Part shown: one piece after another, positions 49,721 through 57,218 of the stretch
Layout of the letters: each line of letters opens with the position of its first letter
Position numbering within the stretch: position 1 is the stretch's first letter
Origin: Octopus sinensis
Taxonomy: Eukaryota
NCBI RefSeq assembly: GCF_006345805.1
Contig: NW_021833830.1
Location: forward strand, 1-57,218
Direction of reading: 5' to 3'
DNA: 57,218 bases
Program-made: the position numbers and the translations under genes
Notes under the pieces: model-generated
Told to the model about the DNA's origin: nothing
Databases searched by the model: none
Seen by the model: only the letters and a program-made list of their open reading frames with translations

Positions 49721-50113
49721 GAGAGAGCAGAGGTGTGATGGGAGAAAGATCGGAAGGGAGTGGTAATAAGCTGGTTAGGTGAGGTGGGAAGGAAGGGACC
49801 AAAGGAGGGTAATGGGAGAAATGTGAGGGGACAGACAGGAAAGTTGAGGCAGAGAAGAGTGAGAGAAGAGACTGAGGGGGAAGCAGAGACGAGGGAAAGG
49901 AGATATGCAGGGGAGAGGATGGGTATGTAATGGTGGGGGTTTGGGTTGTAGGTGCAGGTGGATGGAGATTGGTGAGGGGAGTAAGTTGGAGCGAGCGACA
50001 GAGAGAGAGAGAGGGGGAGAGGGAGCGTAGATACATGTTTATTCCAGTAGAGGAAGGGAACTAAAAGAGTGATAGGAAAAAAGGATAGACATTAAGAAAA
50101 TGTGAGAGTGATG

Positions 50114-50155
<42 letters not shown>

Positions 50156-50294
50156 GAAGTGTGAGTGAGAATGTGATTGTAAATACCTTTGTAAATAAGA
50201 GTGAAGTGATGGAGAGAAAAGAAAGAGGAAGTTATGTGAGATATATGTTCGTTAGTTAATTAGTTAATTTTTTTGGCTCAAAAAGCAAAAAGCA

Positions 50295-50800
50295 AGGCCA
50301 TGTAGGGGGACATGGAATTATGTACAGGGTAGTGTTCATGTAAAGAGTTCAGGCCACATGTGGTCAAGGGAGACTTTGAACCGAGCGGTCGTCGGCATCT
50401 TCACTATCTCGTCTGGCAGCTTGTTCCACGGATCCGCAACCCGGACGGAGAAAGCCCCTCTCCTTCGATTGAGATGAAATCGTCGCAGATAGAGCTTTTC
50501 GGAATGACCCCCGCAGCCGACGCTCTGGAGCAGGAGTGAAGAACAGCTCTTTCGAGAAATTACACTTTCCGCTTATGATGTTGTGAGCAAGAATGAGATC
50601 ACCATGGTGGCGGTGTCTAGGGGGACATGGAGTTATGTACAGGGTGGTGTTCATGTAAAGAGTTCAGGCCATTTGTGGTCAAGGGAGACTTTGAACCGAG
50701 CGGTCGTCGGCATCTTCACTATCTCGTCCGGCAGCTTATTCCATGGATCCGCAACCTGGATGGAGAAAGCCCCTTTCCTTCGATTGAGATGAAATCATCG
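50295..50800 (-). mobile_element. CR1-like LINE 3' end, rearranged and duplicated
   Basis: DLILAHNIISG...RRLRG, then frameshifted FSVRVADPWNKLP...FKVSLD; last ~180 nt present twice. Confidence 0.8.
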
Positions 50801-51320
50801 CAGATAATTATTATTATTATTATTATTTTTTTTTGTAAGCTCCTGAAAGAAAAATAAATTTTTTCAAATAGAAAAAAACGCTTGCCTAACTTATAACCAA
50901 AATAAACGAAACAGGTTTGTAGAAATAGAAAACCAATATTTATCAGATCTTGTTAGTTAAGAAGAAAAATGTGTAAACAAAGAAGAGAAGAAAAAGAAGA
51001 AAATGTTGTTGTGTAGGTCAGAAACAAAAAACAAAATACAGAAAGGGAGGGTCAATAACTTTTTTTATTTCAGGACCTTTCGTTAATTTAATTAAAGAAA
51101 ATGCATGTGTATTTATCTTATCTTATCTTGAGTCTTTCTTAAAGTCTCCTGTTGTGGTGAATCTCAGGAATTTTCCCTACTTTCCCGTACGCACGTGGGG
51201 TGGGTAGGATTTCTTGATCGAAGAAACGGCGATGTTTTGACTTTGTGTTTTTATCGAAGATTCCTTCTGATCAGTATATTTATGTAGATGATTTTTAAAA
51301 ATATTTTGTAATTTTATAGA

Positions 51321-51722
51321 TACTCTTTTACTTGTTTCAGTCATTTGACTGCGGCCATGCTGGAGCACCACCTTTTAATCGAGCAACTCGACCCCGGGAC
51401 TTATTCTTTTTGTAAGCCCAGTACTTATTCTATCGGTATCTTTTGCCGAACCGCTAAGTGACGGGGACATAAACACACCAGCATCAGTTGTCAAGCGATG
51501 TTGGGGGGACAAACACAGACACACAAATATACATGCACATACATATATGTACATATATACGATGGGCTTCTTTCAGTTTCCGTCTACCAAATCCACTCAC
51601 AAGGCTTTGGTCGGCCCGAGGCTATAGTAGAAGACACTTGCCCAAGGTGCCACACAGTGGGACCGAACCCGGAACCATGTGGTTGGTAAACAAGCTACTT
51701 ACCACACAGCCACTCCTGCGCC
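51321..51722 (-). mobile_element. SINE family A
   Basis: Reverse complement of family A. Confidence 0.9.
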
Positions 51723-52524
51723 TATATCGTATTTTACTATACTGATCGGTTTGCTGTTTTCTTTGAAATATTTTTACGGGTTTTCAGGAACTAAGAAAAA
51801 CACTTGTGGATCATACAAAACCAGAAGTATATATATATATATATGTATGTATATATTTACGTGATGAAAAAAATGCCCTCCTACTTGTTATACTTATATA
51901 TAAGTATAGCAAAAGAAAAACAGGATGCAAAGGATTTAGCGGTACATATGTTTCTGGCTTTATTGGACAGTTTATATCAATGCATAATTGATGTAACATG
52001 TATGTCAATAGCCTTATACATTGTTACATCAATAATCATTGATATAAACTGTCCAATAAAGCCAGAAACATATGTACCACTAAATCCTTTGCATCCTGTT
52101 TTTTTTTTTTGATAAATATACCCTACCACCTACACCACTAACTGGCATATACAGGTGCTTACAGTTATCAAGTATTCACCCTGAATTTTTTATATAAATA
52201 TAACAAGTAGAAAGTCATTTTTTCATCAAGTAAATACTAAACAATATATATAAAGTATAAAATCCTTTTTAAGAGCAGGCCTCCGTGCCGGTGGAACGTA
52301 AAAAGCACCATCCGATCGTGGCTGTTTGCCAGCCTCATCTGGCACCTGTGCCGGTGGCACGTAAAAAGCACCCACTATACTCATGGAGTGCTTGGCATTA
52401 GGGAGGGCATCTAGCCGTAGAAACATTGCCAGATCAGACTGGTCCTGGTGCAGCCTCCTGGCTTCCCAGACCCCAGTTGAACTGTCCAACCCATGCCAGC
52501 ATGGAAAGCGGACGATGAACGATG

Positions 52525-52833
52525 ATATTAATAGTTATCGCTAAGCTAATATGGCAGTCCATAAATATAGGATGAATGCTGCTGCTGATTAGCTCCAAGA
52601 GGCCATTGCCTCTAGCTAGCTATGTGACACACGAACCTGTGTCCATTATAACCTTCGAACAGGGGAGGTCAGCCACTTCCCCTTACTGGCCAGGCATCTG
52701 CAGACTAGTTTCTGGTTATTTGCCCTTTATCAATGCAGAGCAACCAATGCAGGCTTCTTTTGGAGCTAATCAACGGCAGCATTCGTCCTATATTTATGGA
52801 CTGCCATATTAGCTTGGCAATAACTATTAATAT
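52525..52833. mobile_element. MITE-like element with ~75-bp imperfect TIRs
   Basis: ATATTAATAGTTATCGCTAAGCTAATATGGCAGTCCATAAATATAGG... with its reverse complement ending at 52833. Confidence 0.7.
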
Positions 52834-53870
52834 CCAGTACCGCTGCCGTAGTCTCCTTTAGAGAGACTTAGAAGTAATAATATTTTTATTTTTGAAAACC
52901 AGTGGATGGATTCCACTGGATTTAGGTAAATAATCCTTCGAATAGATGGTCAGTAGCGATGCCTGCTGGGTTCGACTGCTCTGCATTGATAAGGGGCAAA
53001 TACACTGTTCCACCACCATGTTACCTTGGGTTGAGAGGGGACTTTGCACCATCCACAGATCTGGTCAGTAGCCCTCAACAAGTTGTCCCACAGGAGCCTC
53101 CATTTGTCTTCCACATCATGTGATGCTATATATCGTCTATTTAGTCAAAAGCTCCGCATAATACACCCCTAAATCTCTGTCCATTCACAGGATCCTTAAG
53201 CTTCCAGACCCTTCTTCTCCATGCTAGGAGTCTCCTGGGCATCTATTTAGCCCTGATCCTGAAGTCGCTAACTACTAATCTATGTTGTGGGGGTACATTC
53301 TTCACCCGAGAAGCTTTTAGCATTTATAAGTAGGCATCTTTCCTGTTTCCTAGCGAGGATGTAGTCAATTTGACTAGTGTGTCCACCAGGTCAGTAGGTG
53401 AATAGGTGACTGAAGTCCTACCCCCATATAGTCAGAATATGATACCTTTCTAAGCATTTAACCAAATGCTTAGAACTTCTGATCAACTGGGGGACAGTAC
53501 TGAAACATATATGTAGGTTCCATTATTTTATTTTTTCAGCTTTACAACTTGTAATCAATTCATTTGTATTGTTTTTTAAAAGAAACTTCCATCAATTCAT
53601 AACATACAAATAAATTATTCATACATCCATTTTCAACTCCATTTTCTTTTTCCTTCAATATTGATAATATATAATTTCGATAATCCCTAACATATACCAA
53701 TGACTTTCACATAATATGATAGGGATTAACCAGTGGAGTGCCTTGGATTATATAATCCCTAATGAGGATATAACTTCCTCAAATTAACTGTTTTATATAT
53801 ATGTATATATATATGTATATATAAATATATATGTGTGTGTGTGTGTGTGTGTGAATATATATTTGTGTCC

Positions 53871-53906
53871 CTTTCTGTAGAAGAGCGTAGGCTCGAAACG
53901 TAAAAG
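53871..53906 (+). ncRNA. Degenerate minimal hammerhead motif (Penelope-type)
   Basis: CTTT-CTGTAGA-A-GAGC-GTAG-GCTC-GAAAC-GTA-AAAG; core deviates from CTGANGA at one position. Confidence 0.45.
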
Positions 53907-54189
53907 ACTTTTTCTATTCTTGGTCGATGCCAGGGCCACCTGACTGGCTCCCATCCTGGTGGCAGGTAAAAAGCACTATCTGAACGTGATCAATGCCGAT
54001 GGCACATAAAAAGCATCCACTACACTATCGTAGTGGTTGATGTTAGAAAGGGTTTCCAGCTGTAGAAACCTTGCCAGATCAGACTGGAGCCTGGTGCAGC
54101 CTTCTGGCTTTCTAGACCTGAGTCAAACTGTCCAACCCATGGCAGCATGGAAAATGGATGTGAAATGATGATGATGATATATATGTGTG

Positions 54190-54480
54190 TGTGGAGGAGC
54201 AATGGCCCAGTAGTTAGGGCAGCGGACTCAAAGTTGGAGGATTGCGGTTTCGATTCCCAGACCGGGCGTTGTGTGTGTTTATTGAGTGAAAACACCTAAA
54301 TCTCTACGAGGCTCCGGCAAATGGTAGTGGCAACCCCTGTTGTAATCTTTTGCCACAACTTTCTCTCTCACTCTCTTCCTGTTTCTTGAGTAATGCTGCG
54401 ATGGACTGGCGTCCTGTCCAGCTGGGGGGAACACATACGCCATAGAAACCAGGAAACCGGGCCCATGAGCTTGAAAAGTG
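54190..54480 (+). mobile_element. Chimeric SINE: family C head with the 44435-type tail
   Basis: Head matches 27660-27790; tail matches 44435-44550. Confidence 0.8.
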
Positions 54481-54529
54481 CGCATAAAATAATATAAATA
54501 ATATATATATGAGTGTGTATGTGTGTATA

Positions 54530-54914
54530 TACTCTTTTACTTGTTTCAGTCATTTGACTGCGGCCATGCTGAAGCACCGCCTTTAGTCGAGCAAATCGAC
54601 CCCGGGACTTATTCTTTTGTAAGCCCAGTACTTATTCTATCGGTCTCTTTTGCCGAACCGCTAAGTTACGGCGACATAAACACACCAGCATCGGTTGTCA
54701 AGCAATGCTAGGGGGACAAACACAGACACACATACATATATATACATATATACGACGGGCTTCTTTCAGTTTCTGTCTACCAAATCCACTCACAAAGCAT
54801 TGGTCGGCCCGGGGCTATAGCTGAAGACACTTGCCCAAGGTGCCACGCAGTGGGACTGAACACGAACCATGTGGTTGGTAAGCAAGCTACTTACCACACA
54901 GCCACTCCTGCGCC
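54530..54914 (-). mobile_element. SINE family A
   Basis: Reverse complement of family A. Confidence 0.9.
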
Positions 54915-54948
<34 letters not shown>

Positions 54949-55139
54949 ATATATATCTATATATATATATATATTATATCCTCTGTCTCGCATATATACA
55001 CACTCTACCAAGTATATACAAGCAAGCAGCCTTGTACATTGAAGAGGCCATGCCCACCTCCACTTCTATTGTTCTCGATGTCATTGTCAACGTTTGTTGC
55101 CCTGGCCAACCCCACTGTCATTGCCGGCTGCTCTACTGC

Positions 55140-56065
55140 AATACCTACACACGCACCACTACCACCGCCACAACCACTACCACCGCCACAACCACTACCA
55201 CCACGACTCGTCATTGCAGCTGCCACCACCGCCACTACAATCCTACAACCAACACCACCACCACAAGTACCACCACCCCTACAACAACAAACACAAACAC
55301 TTGCACCACCACCATGGCCACCACTACAACAAGCATCCAACGCAACATGTACACACACACACACACACCACACACTGACACATACATAGACATGCCCTCT
55401 CTTTCACACACAAATTGAGACACACACACACTTTCTCTCACACCCACACACACTGACACAGACATACTCTCTCTTATACACACACATACACACACTCTCT
55501 CTCTCTCACACACATACACACACACGCTTCTCTCACACACACACATTCACACACACACACACTTTCTCTCACACATGCATACACTGACACATACATACTC
55601 TCTCTCTCTCTTACACACACATACACACACTCTCTCACACTCACATACACACACACATTTTCTCTCACACACACACACTGACACATACATACTCTCTCTC
55701 ACACACATATACACACACTCTCTCACATGCACATACACACACTCACACACACACACACACACACACATACTGACACATACATACCCTCTCTCTTTCTCTC
55801 TCTCTTACACACACATACACACACTCTCTCACACACACTCTCTCTTTCTCACATACACACACTCTTTCTCTCACACACACACACTTTCTCTCTCACACAC
55901 ACACTAACACATACATACTCTCTCTCTCTCTTACACACACTTTCTCACACACACACACACACACTGACACATTCATACTCTCTCTCTCTCACTCTCTTAC
56001 ACACACTCTCTCACACACACACACTAACACATACATACTCTCTCTCTCTCTTACACACACTTTCT

Positions 56066-56106
<41 letters not shown>

Positions 56107-56210
56107 ACACATTCATACTCTCTCTCTCTCTCTCACTCTCTTACACACACTCTCTCACACCCACACACACACTCTCTCTCTCTCTGTCACACACATGCAC
56201 ACGTGCACGT
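55140..56210. repeat. (ACC/AAC)n followed by a ~800-bp (CA)/(CT) compound microsatellite
   Basis: Direct reading. Confidence 0.9.
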
Positions 56211-56258
56211 CCCTGTACCGGTTCCACACCAGCCACACCACTCAAGATCTTATCTTAC

Positions 56259-56507
56259 AAAAACAGGTATAAATATTCATAGAATTGATCCAGCATTGAT
56301 CAAGTCGAGGATCTCTTCCTTGATTAATTGATGCAAATGCATTCAGAAGATCAATAACAGATTTTTCCCCTTCTGGCAGCTGTGACAAACCAAATTGTCG
56401 TGCTTCGACTACATACTGTCTTCCAACCAGGACCACCTCTTCTGGTGTGTAAGATTTTCTGTCGAAGAGTCTTTGTGCTTTATCGAAAACAACTTTGGCT
56501 ACTGATA
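56259..56507 (-). CDS. Putative internal coding exon of an unidentified protein (SVAKVVFDKAQRLFDRKSYTPEEVVLVGRQYVVEARQFGLSQLPEGEKSVIDLLNAFASINQGRDPRLDQCWINSMNIYTCF)
   Basis: Non-repetitive, protein-like, open only on the minus strand. Donor T|GTAAGA; three in-frame phase-1 acceptors giving 249, 243 or 240 nt. Confidence 0.55.
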
Positions 56508-56536
56508 CTAAATAGTATATATACATATATACTATA

Positions 56537-56800
56537 CATTAGATAATGTACTCCTAGATACACTATGCCTGAATAAAAGATGGGATGGTCACAGCTGGAA
56601 CATCTTGAATCATGGGTCTGTCTGGATCAGGACTATCCTAGGGCTAAACAACAACTTTAGCCACTAATACTAACTATTATACATTCGATAATGTAGTCCT
56701 AGATACACTATACCTGAATAAAAGATGGGATGGTCATGGCTGGAACATCTTTGATCATAGGTCTGTCTGGATCAGGACTGTCCTGGGCTAAAGATAAGCG
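56537..56800. repeat. Two tandem ~144-bp diverged copies, probably a retroelement tail
   Basis: ACATT(A/C)GATAATGTA...GGGCTAAA at ~56537 and ~56681. Confidence 0.7.
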
Positions 56801-56802
56801 TC

Positions 56803-56846
<44 letters not shown>

Positions 56847-57218
56847 TGTGATATATAAGGATGTGTCTTCCTCATCTCAACCCATGTGATATCCACCTCA
56901 CCTTTCCTTTGTCTCTATGCATATGTGTGTATACATATAAGTGTGTATTTATGTGTGTGAGTTTATATAACATTATATATATAATATATATATATATATA
57001 ATATTAATAAATTTAATATATTACACACACATATATGTATATATATAATATATATAATATATATATATTATATATATATATATATAAATTATATATATAC
57101 ACACCACATATATATATTATTATATATAATTATATATATATACACACACATATATATATATATATTATATATATATATAAATTATATATATATACACACA
57201 CATATATGTATATATATA

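Noticed and set aside
51139-51266. Minus-strand terminal exon with a neuropeptide-like RR-FFDQEILPTPRAY-GK
   Set aside because: The acceptor lacks a pyrimidine tract, a direct join to exon 56259 creates an immediate TAA, and a single motif in 41 aa can be chance.

Overview
Animal genomic DNA, AT-rich and mostly intronic/intergenic. The SINE families and heavy (TA)n/(CA)n/(GATA)n load look like an octopus (coleoid cephalopod) genome; this is inferred from repeat character and not verified. Most of the window is repeats: at least five tRNA-headed SINE families (the commonest has about 15 near-full copies on both strands), decayed Tc1/mariner transposons (two with nested LINE insertions and 10-bp TSDs), RTE, CR1 and CRE LINE fragments, non-autonomous Helitrons, MITEs and long microsatellites. 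Almost all listed ORFs are microsatellite or repeat artefacts. Gene evidence is sparse and from splice signals only: a minus-strand first exon encoding a type II membrane-anchor N-terminus (~1359-1526), a divergent plus-strand gene (exons 3409-3456, 14332-14385, 14624-14761), and an orphan minus-strand exon (56259-56507). None could be named. The most notable signal is several Penelope-type minimal hammerhead-ribozyme motifs. Three unrelated ones cluster at 44.7-45.8 kb, each in an inverted duplication, and one is the tail of a tRNA-headed SINE-like element. There are also several long fold-back palindromes. No ribozyme activity, expression or novelty is shown. Repeat boundaries are approximate.
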